Shown in pieces: positions 12,296 through 21,034 of a stretch of DNA of 64,000 nucleotides; the first letter of the stretch is position 1, and the number at the start of each line of letters is the position of its first letter. Under the pieces are notes generated by a model, which was given only the letters and a program-made list of their open reading frames with translations, did not search any database and was not told the origin of the DNA. The stretch is from Polyangiales bacterium. GTDB taxonomy: Bacteria; Myxococcota_A; Polyangia; Polyangiales; Ga0077539. Both the position numbers and the translations under genes were made by a program. The DNA lies in assembly GCA_046351515.1 (NCBI GenBank), contig JAXLYJ010000005.1:120318-184317 (forward strand). Reading direction: 5' to 3'.

Positions 12296-14203
12296 TTAGC
12301 GGGCGCGGAGCTTGCGCGCGTCGCCGATACGAATCGTGACCTTCTTCACGTCGAAGTACTCGGCGAGAGGAATGGTCCATTTGCGCGACGCGCCGGTGAT
12401 CGTCTTGAAACCCTGCGCGTCGATCGATCCTTGGGCCTCGATCCAGGCCACGAGCTTCTTTTCGAGCTCGAGCATGGACGCCGCGTCCGCGTAGAACTCG
12501 GGCGAAATCTTCACGATGTCCCCGCGCGCCACGAGGCGGTCGAGCGCCGGCGCGAGGGCCTTGGGCTCGACGCGCAGCGACTGCGCGACCTCGTCGACGC
12601 GCGGAGGCATCACGCCCGCGCTGCAAATCGCCTTGCGAACGGGCTCGAGGTGCGGGACGGCGTCGGGGTCCTTCGGCTTCCATCCGGCGCGGGCGTAGAC
12701 GTCTTGGTCGCGGCTCACCTTGCGATCGGCGACGAGCTTGGCGAGCAGGGCGTCCATCAGCGCGTCGTCCCCGAGGGCTTTGAGCGCGCTGCGCGTGAGC
12801 CCGCGCGAGGCGGGGTTGGCAGAGTGCTCGGCGGAGAGCGACTGAAGAATCTTCTGCGTCACCGGCGCCGCTGCGCTCGCGCTCACCCAGCGCTCTCGCG
12901 TGATCTGCACGAGCCCCGCGGTGGCCATCGCCGCCTCGTCGAGCGTCGCTCCGACGCGCGCCGAGAGCTGCTGGGGAGAGAGCCCTTTGAGCCCCGCGGC
13001 GTCGGACTCGGCGCGCAGTCGAGCGTCGCGATCGTCTGCGTTTTCAGCGACGGATTTCGCTCGCGCGAGCGCGGTGTCGCGCTTCTTCACGCGCTCGGCG
13101 ACCGGACGAATCACCACGCCGCCGCCGAGCGTCGAGCCGAAGCCCGCGAGCGAGGGCGGGCCGCGCAGGACGAAGCGCTCGTTGGGTCGAAGCGCGACGG
13201 CGCTCTCCGTGGTGATGCGCGCGATGGCCTTCGAGCCCGGCTCGAGCGACTCGCCTTCGAGCAGCGCGACCGCGCAGAGCGTGTGCGCGGCGCCGACGGC
13301 GAGCTCGAGCTTGCTGCGGCGTCCGAGCTCGTGACGCGTGCTCGCGAGCAGCGAGACCTCGGCGTCGAAGGCGTAGGTGAGCGCGACCTCTCCTTCGCGC
13401 ATGAGCCACGCGCCGCGCGGGACCTCGCCGCTCTCGATGCCGGCGATGTTGACCGCGACGCGCGTCCCCGCCGAGGCCTGTGTCACAGAATCGCCGTGAA
13501 TTTGCAGGGCGCGCACGCGCACCTCGCGCGCTTCGTCGTCGAGTCCCACCGGCGCGACCACGAGCGAGTCGCCCTCGCCAACGGCGCCGGAGACGAGCGT
13601 TCCGGTCACGACCGTGCCGAAGCCCTTGCGAACGAAGACGCGGTCGATCGGCAAGAGCGTCGGGCCGTCCGAGGCGCGCGGCGCGACCGCTGCGCGGGCG
13701 AGCGCTGCGCGAAGCTCGTCGAGTCCGCGGCCGGTGTGCGCGCTCACCGCGACGATCTCCGCGTTCTGCAAGAACGTCCCCGCCACGGTCTCGCGCACCT
13801 CTTCGATCGCGAGCTCGAGCACGTCGTCCGCGGCGAGGTCGGACTTGCTGAGCGCGATCACTCCCGCGCGAACGCCGACCAGCTCTGCCACCGCGAGGTG
13901 CTCTCGGGTCTGCGGCATCACGCCTTCGTTCGCCGCGACGACGAGCATGCAGAGGTCGAGGCCTCCGGCGCCGGCGATCATCGCGCGGATAAACCTCTCG
14001 TGGCCGGGCATGTCGACGATCGCGGCGCGTCGACCGCCGGGCAGCTCGAGGTGCGCGAAACCGAGCTCGATGGTGATTCCGCGGGATTTTTCTTCGGGCA
14101 AACGATCGGTGTCGACGCCGGTGAGCGCCTTCACGAGAGCGGTCTTGCCGTGATCGATGTGTCCTGCGACGCCGATCACGAGGTCCGAGGGACGAGCGGT
14201 CAT
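12296..14203 (-). CDS. selB: selenocysteine-specific translation elongation factor
   Basis: GTPase motifs [16 protein letters not shown] and SKSDL, followed by a long C-terminal winged-helix-like extension. About 635 aa from ATG 14203 (the track ORF begins at GTG 14233). Confidence 0.85.
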   Translation of the reverse strand: MTARPSDLVIGVAGHIDHGKTALVKALTGVDTDRLPEEKSRGITIELGFAHLELPGGRRAAIVDMPGHERFIRAMIAGAGGLDLCMLVVAANEGVMPQTREHLAVAELVGVRAGVIALSKSDLAADDVLELAIEEVRETVAGTFLQNAEIVAVSAHTGRGLDELRAALARAAVAPRASDGPTLLPIDRVFVRKGFGTVVTGTLVSGAVGEGDSLVVAPVGLDDEAREVRVRALQIHGDSVTQASAGTRVAVNIAGIESGEVPRGAWLMREGEVALTYAFDAEVSLLASTRHELGRRSKLELAVGAAHTLCAVALLEGESLEPGSKAIARITTESAVALRPNERFVLRGPPSLAGFGSTLGGGVVIRPVAERVKKRDTALARAKSVAENADDRDARLRAESDAAGLKGLSPQQLSARVGATLDEAAMATAGLVQITRERWVSASAAAPVTQKILQSLSAEHSANPASRGLTRSALKALGDDALMDALLAKLVADRKVSRDQDVYARAGWKPKDPDAVPHLEPVRKAICSAGVMPPRVDEVAQSLRVEPKALAPALDRLVARGDIVKISPEFYADAASMLELEKKLVAWIEAQGSIDAQGFKTITGASRKWTIPLAEYFDVKKVTIRIGDARKLRAR

Positions 14204-14224
14204 GTGCGTGTAGAGTATCTGCCC

Positions 14225-15958
14225 ATGGCACACCGATCGACGCAGTTCTGTCTCTGGATGGCTCCGTTGTTGGCGCTCGCGAGCGCCCGATGCTCACCGC
14301 CGCCGCCGTCGCCGGACGCTGAAGCGTCGGTGAGCGACGCGACCAGTGACATGAGCGCGCCGGACGGCGGCGAGCAGGACGGCTCGATGATCGCCGGTGA
14401 CGCTGGCGCAGACGCTTCTCCCGCGTGGCTCGAGCCGTGGGCGCCCGGGCCGCGAGCGCGTCCTCGACAGGGATTTCTCTGGGGAAGCGCGACGGCGGGC
14501 TATCAGATCGAGGGCCAGCTCGACAACACCGACTGGGCCATCTGGGAGTCGATGGGTCGCATCGTGAACAACGATCGGGCCAACGACGGGCCGCGCTCGT
14601 ACGAGCGATGGATGGACGACGTGAACGCGCTGCGCGAGAGCGGACAGACCGCGTATCGCTTCGGGATCGAGTGGGCGAGGCTGTTTCCGACGCGCGCGAG
14701 CTGGGAGGCGTGTCGCAACGCGACGGGCGACATGGCCGCGAAGGTCGCGACGTGCCGGATGCAAGCGAGCGCGACGGGCAAGGCGTACTACCACCAGCTC
14801 ATCGACGCGCTGCGCGCGAGCACGCCGAGGATCGTCCCGATGGTGACGCTCTATCACTGGACGATGCCGGACTACATCGCTGATCCCCGCATGGATTTTC
14901 GCACGCAGGGATGGATGAACATGCGGATGCGATCGGACATGGCGCTGTACGCCGCGGTCGTCGCGGCCGAGTACGGCGAGACGGTCGACTGGTACGTCAC
15001 GCTCAACGAGCCGATGGTGCACGTGCTCGCGGGCTACCTCGACGGGCGGTTTCCGCCTGGAAGAACGCTGGAGATCGACGGCGCGGTCACCGTGCTGACG
15101 AACATGGTCTACGCGCACGCGGCGATGTACGACGCGATCAAGCTGTTCGATCGCACGACCGCCGAGAGCACGGGGCCGATCAGCCCGACGCAGCCGTCGT
15201 ACGTCTCGATCGCGCATCACATTCGACGGATGTACGGCGCGAACCCCGCGAGCACGATGGACGCGCGCGCGGCGACGAAGGCCGACTGGCTCAATCACAA
15301 GCTCTTCTTCGAGGCGATCGTGCGCGGCAACCTCGATGCCAACGGCGACGGAACCGTGAGCGCCACCGAGCCCACCAACGACCCCGCGCTGCGCGGCCGC
15401 GTCGACTACCTCGGGATCAACTACTACGGGATGACCACGATCCGCGCGAACGCAGGGATTCCGCTGGTCGGAGGGCTGCCTGTGAACGAGGAGCTCGAGC
15501 GCGGGCTGCCCAAGACCGACTTCGGCTGGGACATCTATCCACGCGGCTTCGAAGAGGTGCTCGTCAACTACAGCCGCGAGTACATGCTGCCGATCGCGGT
15601 GACCGAGAACGGGATCGCCGACGCGCGCGACGTGAATCGTCCGCGGTTCATGCTCGAGCACTTCGCGGCGATGTTCTCTGCGATGCAGCGAGGAGCGAAC
15701 GTCGTCGGCTACTTCCACTGGTCGACGGTGGACAACTTCGAGTGGGTGGGAGGCTACTGCCCGCAGTTCGGCTTGTACTCGGTCGATCGAACGAACCCGA
15801 TGCGACCGCGAACGGCGCGTCCGAGCGCGATGCTCTATCGCGACGTGATTCGCTCGGGCGAAGTGACGGACGCGCAGCTCACGATGGCCGCGGCGTACCA
15901 GCATCCTTCGCGCTTCTGCCCGAGCACTGTCATGGCCACCGCCGACGCAGGAATGTAG
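14225..15958 (+). CDS. glycoside hydrolase family 1 beta-glucosidase with a signal peptide and low-complexity linker
   Basis: FLWGSATAGYQIEG, the acid/base motif TLNEP and the nucleophile motif VTENG. The N-terminus MAHRSTQFCLWMAPLLALASARC looks like a signal. Only the last 578 codons of track ORF 12290..15958 are real. Confidence 0.85.
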   Translation: MAHRSTQFCLWMAPLLALASARCSPPPPSPDAEASVSDATSDMSAPDGGEQDGSMIAGDAGADASPAWLEPWAPGPRARPRQGFLWGSATAGYQIEGQLDNTDWAIWESMGRIVNNDRANDGPRSYERWMDDVNALRESGQTAYRFGIEWARLFPTRASWEACRNATGDMAAKVATCRMQASATGKAYYHQLIDALRASTPRIVPMVTLYHWTMPDYIADPRMDFRTQGWMNMRMRSDMALYAAVVAAEYGETVDWYVTLNEPMVHVLAGYLDGRFPPGRTLEIDGAVTVLTNMVYAHAAMYDAIKLFDRTTAESTGPISPTQPSYVSIAHHIRRMYGANPASTMDARAATKADWLNHKLFFEAIVRGNLDANGDGTVSATEPTNDPALRGRVDYLGINYYGMTTIRANAGIPLVGGLPVNEELERGLPKTDFGWDIYPRGFEEVLVNYSREYMLPIAVTENGIADARDVNRPRFMLEHFAAMFSAMQRGANVVGYFHWSTVDNFEWVGGYCPQFGLYSVDRTNPMRPRTARPSAMLYRDVIRSGEVTDAQLTMAAAYQHPSRFCPSTVMATADAGM

Positions 15959-15964
15959 CGCGCG

Positions 15965-16603
15965 ATGGACGAGCGCCGACCGTACGCGCCCGCTGAGCAG
16001 ACGGCGGCACCAACATTCAACGCGACGGCGAGCGGGCTCGCGACGGTCGATTCGGCGCGGGCTGCGAGCGACGTTCCAAAGGGCTTCTCGGCGAGCGAGC
16101 GTCGCGATGCGGCGGGGTACTCGCTCGAGTCGCAGCGAACGACGCGCTCGTTTGCTCTCTCGATGCTGTGGCCGTCGATCTTGCTGCTCTGGGTCATCGG
16201 GGGCGCGGTGGCTTCGCTGCGCACCCTGCTCGACGGCGAATGGGGCGGCGCGCTGGCGCTGATGTTGGTGCTGGTGGCGCCCGTCGTTCCGTTTGTGCAT
16301 CGGTTGGTGCGACGGTCGTTCGACGCAGCGCGCATCACGTTGAGCGCCGAAGGTGTGCGCGCGGATGGGGGTTTGTTGACCATCACCGACGTGGGCGTGA
16401 CGAGCGTCGCGCTGGGAGACATCTTCGGCTTCGCTGTGCAAAACGAGGGCAGCTCGAAGACCCGCGTGATGGTGCTCACGCGCGACGGCGAGGCGAAGCT
16501 CTTGCGCTGCAACGTCCTCGACCGCGCGCACGCGATCTTCGTCGTGACTCGCTTGAACCGCGAGCTGTCCGCGATGCGCGCGGCAGGCCACTACCGAGGG
16601 TGA
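15965..16603 (+). CDS. hypothetical two-TM membrane protein (paralogue 1)
   Basis: High GC3. Starts 6 nt after the GH1 stop. Two hydrophobic helices are followed by a ~100-aa domain ending VVTRLNRELSAM. Confidence 0.6.
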   Translation: MDERRPYAPAEQTAAPTFNATASGLATVDSARAASDVPKGFSASERRDAAGYSLESQRTTRSFALSMLWPSILLLWVIGGAVASLRTLLDGEWGGALALMLVLVAPVVPFVHRLVRRSFDAARITLSAEGVRADGGLLTITDVGVTSVALGDIFGFAVQNEGSSKTRVMVLTRDGEAKLLRCNVLDRAHAIFVVTRLNRELSAMRAAGHYRG

Positions 16604-16607
16604 TTCG

Positions 16608-17243
16608 ATGAGCGACGATCCGTTCGATCCTTCGGTGCTCACTGCTGCGCAGGACACCGCGTGGGCGGCGCCCGCAGCGGACGCGTCGATGGTCGTGCGC
16701 GACGTCGAGCAGACCATCGTGATGGAGGGCAGCAGCGAGCCTCCCTCGACGCTGAAGATGCAGGAGGCCACTCCGCTCGGAAAATTCCAGGCGATCATCG
16801 GTGCATCATCGCCCCGCGCGCGGTCGCTGTTCGCGGCGTTGGCCACGGTCGCGGCGCTCGGGCTCGCGCTGGCGATCGCGATGGACGGGCCGCGCGGCGA
16901 GCCGGTGTGCGCGGTGATGTCGCTCGTCGCGATGGCGTTGTTTCCGCTGCGCGCCGCGTGGTTGTGGGCGCTCTCGAAGCACGAGCTCGAGCTCAGCGCG
17001 ACGCGCTTCTCCGCGGTCTCGCGCGGCGTCTTGGGCCTGGTTCGCCACGAGTTCGACGCGCGCACGATCCACGGCTTCGGCTATCAGCGACACCCCACAC
17101 GCCCGTGGCGCTATCAGCTCGTCGTGGTGCTGCGCTCGGGATGGACCGCGGCGATCGACATCGCGTGCTCGCGTCGAGATGAAGTGCGGTTCGTCGCGCG
17201 TCGGCTCAACGCCGAGCTCGCGCTGCTGCAAGCGAAGAAGTGA
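16608..17243 (+). CDS. hypothetical two-TM membrane protein (paralogue 2)
   Basis: Starts 4 nt after the previous stop. Same architecture; the C-terminal motif FVARRLNAELALL parallels paralogue 1. Confidence 0.6.
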   Translation: MSDDPFDPSVLTAAQDTAWAAPAADASMVVRDVEQTIVMEGSSEPPSTLKMQEATPLGKFQAIIGASSPRARSLFAALATVAALGLALAIAMDGPRGEPVCAVMSLVAMALFPLRAAWLWALSKHELELSATRFSAVSRGVLGLVRHEFDARTIHGFGYQRHPTRPWRYQLVVVLRSGWTAAIDIACSRRDEVRFVARRLNAELALLQAKK

Positions 17244-17282
17244 GCGACGGTGCGCGCTCCGTCACTTCGGCGCGCTTCGCCC

Positions 17283-18440
17283 CTACCGCTCGGCCTTCTT
17301 GACGAACGCGCACACGTCCGAGGCGAGCACCTGCGGCTCGCCGTCTTCGTCGCGCACGCTGGTGACCGCGCGCGCGCAGGCAACGCAGAAGCGCGCTTCG
17401 CCGGCGGTGGGAGAGGCGACGGGCTGCAGCTCGTTCCACAGCATCGGGCAGAGGGTGAGGCGCTTGCCGGCGATGACGACGCTGCGCGTGCACGCCGCGG
17501 GATGCAGCGGAATCCACGTGGGCTCGAGCGGTCCGAGCAGCGCGTGCACCACTTTGTCGATCGCTCGATCGCGCACCGATCGCTCGCGCAGCGCCGCGCG
17601 CGCCGGCTCGAGAAGCGCGAGCAACGCCAGCACGTTCGAGTCGATGGGCCAGCGCTGCAGCCAACGCAGCAACGGCCCGGTGAGCGCGTCGGCCTCGGCG
17701 CTCTGGCGAAACTCGTCGTCGTCGATCGCGCGCTGCGCGAGCTGCGCCGCGGCGAGCGGGTGCTCGTCGAGCTGCGTTGCCCGAGAAAATGCTGGCAAAT
17801 CATCTCCACCAGCCGGCACTCCCGCGAGCGCGAGCGCCTCGTCGAGCGCGAGCACCGACCGAAACACCCCCGCTGCGGCGCGATCGAGCACCGCGTCGAT
17901 CGCTGGATCGCGCGGGAGCGAGGCGCTCATCGTGCGCGCGAGCGAGGCGAACTCCGCTGCCGCGACCGACGGCTCTTGCGGAAGCGACCCGACCGCGGTC
18001 ACGGGAAACGCGACGAACACCCTTCCGAGCGCGTCCACCTCGAGCGCGCTGTGAACGACCGCGTGTTCGACGGCGCGCGCCGCGAACCGCAGCGCCGAGA
18101 GCGCTTGTCGCTGATCGCGCCACACGCCCGAGGCGAGCGCGACCTCGATCGAGATCGACGCGACGAACTCGCTCACGACCGCCGGACACGGCTTGTTCGC
18201 GCTCAAGCAGTACGCCGTGTGAATCCCGTGCAGCGGGACGGTGCCCTCGACCGCCGAGCGCGCACGCACGCGCTCGATCACGTCCGTGCAGTCCACGTCG
18301 TGCTCGAACCTGTGCACCCAAACCAGCCGCTGCGCGACCTCGTCTCGGGCGAGCCAGCGCGACGCTGAAGGGCCACGCCACTGCGGGGCCACCATGGTGT
18401 ACGCGCCCCAACGGTGCGGGTCGTCCTTGCGGTTGGGCAT
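17283..18440 (-). CDS. hypothetical protein
   Basis: 385-aa ORF with an ATG start and good GC3. C-terminal Cys pairs (CPMLW..FCVACA..C). No family recognised. Confidence 0.55.
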   Translation of the reverse strand: MPNRKDDPHRWGAYTMVAPQWRGPSASRWLARDEVAQRLVWVHRFEHDVDCTDVIERVRARSAVEGTVPLHGIHTAYCLSANKPCPAVVSEFVASISIEVALASGVWRDQRQALSALRFAARAVEHAVVHSALEVDALGRVFVAFPVTAVGSLPQEPSVAAAEFASLARTMSASLPRDPAIDAVLDRAAAGVFRSVLALDEALALAGVPAGGDDLPAFSRATQLDEHPLAAAQLAQRAIDDDEFRQSAEADALTGPLLRWLQRWPIDSNVLALLALLEPARAALRERSVRDRAIDKVVHALLGPLEPTWIPLHPAACTRSVVIAGKRLTLCPMLWNELQPVASPTAGEARFCVACARAVTSVRDEDGEPQVLASDVCAFVKKAER

Positions 18441-18545
18441 GATCTCGAACCCCCGGCAGCATACGCGCTTCTGTGCAAAGTATGAAAAACACGCAAGCTT
18501 CGTTGGCGCCGCGGGGGGCGAGCGGTGCTACACCCTCGGGTCTCG

Positions 18546-19250
18546 ATGAGCGATTTCTACGAAGACGAGGTCGAGCTGCGTCGGTTCGACAGCGCGTTCG
18601 ATGCTGAGTTGGCCTTGGAGTTCGTGCGCGAACACGGCGTGCGCGCGAGGCTCAAGGGCTCTGGAACGACGCACATCCTCGATCGGTTCACGACGGTGGT
18701 GGACCTGCGGCTCATGGTTCCTGCCGGTGAGCGCGAGGCGGGGATGGCCGCGCTCGAAGCGATGGAGCTCGATGAAGACTCCGCCGACGAAGCCGCGCAG
18801 AAGCGGCTCGACGACGAGGCTCGCGGCGGAGCAGCCTACCGTGAACGCCGTGCCAACACGCAGGACGACGCGCCTTCTCCCAAGGATTTTCGCTACCGAA
18901 GCGGCGCGGTGGTGGGCGTCGCGTGGTTCGGCGGAGCGCATTTGAACGCCCGGCAGTCCGTGCTCGGCTGGTTCTTGTTCGCCGTCATGTGGACCTTGCT
19001 GCTCGCCGCTGTGACCACCGGAAAGCCCTGGCTCATCGTGACCTTCACGATGCTCTGGATCTACGACATCGCGCACGGAATTCTGGCGGTGGATCTGCAC
19101 AACGCCGGCAAGCGCGTCGAGCCCAAGATCCAGCTGTTGCACGGCCTGGCGGTGCTGCTCGTCGCCTCGCTCGCGTCGATGGCGCTCGTCGCTGTGCGTC
19201 CTCCACGCAGGCCCGCAGAAGACGCGATGGCTCCGGCGCCGGTCGGGTGA
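18546..19250 (+). CDS. hypothetical membrane protein (soluble N-terminal domain plus TM2-like C-terminal helices)
   Basis: ATG at 18546 (MSDFYEDEVELRRFDS..). The C-terminal part GVAWFGGAHLNARQSVLGWFLFAV.. has 3-4 hydrophobic helices. It ends 53 nt before the radical SAM gene on the same strand. Confidence 0.55.
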   Translation: MSDFYEDEVELRRFDSAFDAELALEFVREHGVRARLKGSGTTHILDRFTTVVDLRLMVPAGEREAGMAALEAMELDEDSADEAAQKRLDDEARGGAAYRERRANTQDDAPSPKDFRYRSGAVVGVAWFGGAHLNARQSVLGWFLFAVMWTLLLAAVTTGKPWLIVTFTMLWIYDIAHGILAVDLHNAGKRVEPKIQLLHGLAVLLVASLASMALVAVRPPRRPAEDAMAPAPVG

Positions 19251-19303
19251 TCGCCGCCTGTCGCGGTAGCGCCCGCGCGTAGGGTCTGCGAAGCTTGCGC
19301 CCG

Positions 19304-20407
19304 ATGGCAACAGCACGGCCCAAGCGATATGCGCTCGCGATCGAACTCACGAGCTACTGCAATCAGAAGTGCGGCTACTGCTACAACGACTTTCGCGAGG
19401 ACGGGGGCAAGTCCGTCGGCGCGCTTCCGACGGAGCAATTGCTCGCGGTCGTGGACAAAGCGCTGACCGAGGTCGAGTTCGATCACGTCACGCTCACCGG
19501 CGGAGAGCCCTTCGCGCGCTCGGACATCTTCGAGGTCATGGACCTCGTGAAGAAGCACGGCGTGGGTCTGCAGATCATTTCGAACGGCGGGATGATCACC
19601 GAGGCGATCGCCAAGCGCCTCGCGCCGTACAAGCCGAGCTTCGTGCAGGTCACGCTCGACGGAGCGAGCAAAGAGCAGCACGAAGCGCACGTGGGCGAGG
19701 GGCACTACGACAAGACCCTGCGCGGCATCGCGCTGCTGAAAATGCACGGCGTCACGGTGTGCGGCTGCATCGTGATCTCTCGAAAGAACGCGAAGGACGT
19801 CGGCGAGATCCTCGATCAGTTTCGGCGGCTCGGGATCAAGAGCGTCGCGCTCTCGCGGTTTTCTCCGTCGGGGTACGCCGCGGCCAACGTCGCTGAGCTG
19901 CTCCCGTCTCGCTCGGAGATGATCACCGCGCTCGAGCAGGCCGAGGCGCGCGGCCGAGACAACAAGATGGACCTGCAAGTGACGATGCCGATGCCGCCGT
20001 GCGTGATCGAGCACAAGGACTATCCGCACGTCCGCTTCGGCGGCTGCCCGATCGGGACCGAGATGCAGGAGTTTGCGCTCGGGCCGAAGGGCGAGCTTCG
20101 CAACTGCACGCTGCACACGGACGTGATCGGCGACGGACAGAGCGAGTCGTTCGCCGCGCTCGTCGAGAGCCCCGCGGTGATGCAGTACCGCGACGTGACG
20201 CCAGAGTTCTGCGAGCCGTGCCCGCACAAGCGATCGTGCGTCGGCGGCTGCGGCGCCTCTGGGGTCGCGGTGCTCGGAAAGCAGAACCCGCTCGATCCCT
20301 TCGTCGCGCAGCACGTGGACGACGCGTTTCGCGCGCAGCTCAAAGCGGCGCGGCGGGGCGAATCGCCGGTGATTCCGGCCAATCGTCTGCGGCGCGCCGC
20401 GGTCTGA
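19304..20407 (+). CDS. radical SAM/SPASM-domain maturase (anSME-like architecture, no RRE)
   Basis: CNQKCGYC (CX3CX2C) at residues ~19-26 and a TGGEP SAM-binding motif. C-terminal auxiliary-cluster region: C-X14-G-X4-C followed by CEPCPHKRSCVGGC (CX2CX5CX3C). The track start at 19295 is TTG; ATG 19304 is preferred. Confidence 0.9.
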   Translation: MATARPKRYALAIELTSYCNQKCGYCYNDFREDGGKSVGALPTEQLLAVVDKALTEVEFDHVTLTGGEPFARSDIFEVMDLVKKHGVGLQIISNGGMITEAIAKRLAPYKPSFVQVTLDGASKEQHEAHVGEGHYDKTLRGIALLKMHGVTVCGCIVISRKNAKDVGEILDQFRRLGIKSVALSRFSPSGYAAANVAELLPSRSEMITALEQAEARGRDNKMDLQVTMPMPPCVIEHKDYPHVRFGGCPIGTEMQEFALGPKGELRNCTLHTDVIGDGQSESFAALVESPAVMQYRDVTPEFCEPCPHKRSCVGGCGASGVAVLGKQNPLDPFVAQHVDDAFRAQLKAARRGESPVIPANRLRRAAV

Positions 20408-20450
20408 GCGAGCGGATCGAGAGCGGACAACGCGAAGGGAGCAGCGGGCG

Positions 20451-20975
20451 ATGAGCGAAGACGAGAGCAAACGCGAGCCGAGCGACGAGGGCGAGCGCGA
20501 CGAGGACAGCGAGGATCGCTCGATGATCTTCGCGCGACGCAAGATGCTCGTCTCCGCGGCGCTCGCGGGCGTCGCGATGAGCACGGCGGGGTGCGATCAG
20601 CTCAAGCGCGCGATCGGGATCGGGGCCGACCCGCAGCCGTGTCTCTCTCCACCGGAGCCGCCTCCGCAGGTGTGCCTCGCGTATCGGCCGACCGAGCCGC
20701 AGGCGTGTCTGAGCGTCCCCATTCAGCCGCAGGTGTGCCTGTCGCCGCGCGTCGAAGAGCCGCCTCCCGACGCGGGCGGCGCAGCGGTCGATCCGCTCTC
20801 GGGGATGCGCGACCCCAACGCGATGCCGTGCCTCGCCGCGATGGACCCGCGTCGCGACCCGCCGCGACCACGGGTGTGTTTGTCGCGCGTGCCCTCGCGC
20901 CCTCGCGCCTGTCTCGGAGCGACGCAGAGCGACAACATGTTCAAGGACACCAACGAGTCCGACGACGAGTCGTGA
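20451..20975 (+). CDS. Cys-repeat protein with a Tat-like/lipobox signal; putative substrate of the flanking radical SAM enzymes
   Basis: 174 aa. Acidic N-terminus (residues 1-24), then FARRKMLVSAALAGVAMSTAGC (RR, h-region, lipobox Cys48). Seven P-x-x-C-L-[SAG] motifs follow (Cys64, 75, 86, 96, 127, 143, 154), then an acidic tail QSDNMFKDTNESDDES. GAAGGGAG lies 9 nt upstream of ATG 20451. Alternative start ATG 20523 (M25). Confidence 0.7.
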   Translation: MSEDESKREPSDEGERDEDSEDRSMIFARRKMLVSAALAGVAMSTAGCDQLKRAIGIGADPQPCLSPPEPPPQVCLAYRPTEPQACLSVPIQPQVCLSPRVEEPPPDAGGAAVDPLSGMRDPNAMPCLAAMDPRRDPPRPRVCLSRVPSRPRACLGATQSDNMFKDTNESDDES

Positions 20976-21034
20976 CCGCGCCGCGCGCTCGGCGCTCTGC
21001 CGCTCGCGCGCTCGATGCACTACGCTACCGGTCG

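Noticed and set aside
12290-14224. N-terminal 645 codons of track ORF 12290..15958 (+)
   Set aside because: This part is antisense to selB. GH1 motifs and a signal peptide appear only after ATG 14225.
14294-17065. 923-codon minus-strand ORF
   Set aside because: It is antisense to GH1 and the two membrane-protein genes. It has no motifs and an Arg-rich composition.
19304-20407. SPASM enzyme as an ordinary anaerobic sulfatase-maturating enzyme
   Set aside because: There is no sulfatase gene in 64 kb. The adjacent protein has no sulfatase fold, and five of its seven Cys motifs do not fit C-x-[PA]-x-R. anSME-like chemistry remains one hypothesis.
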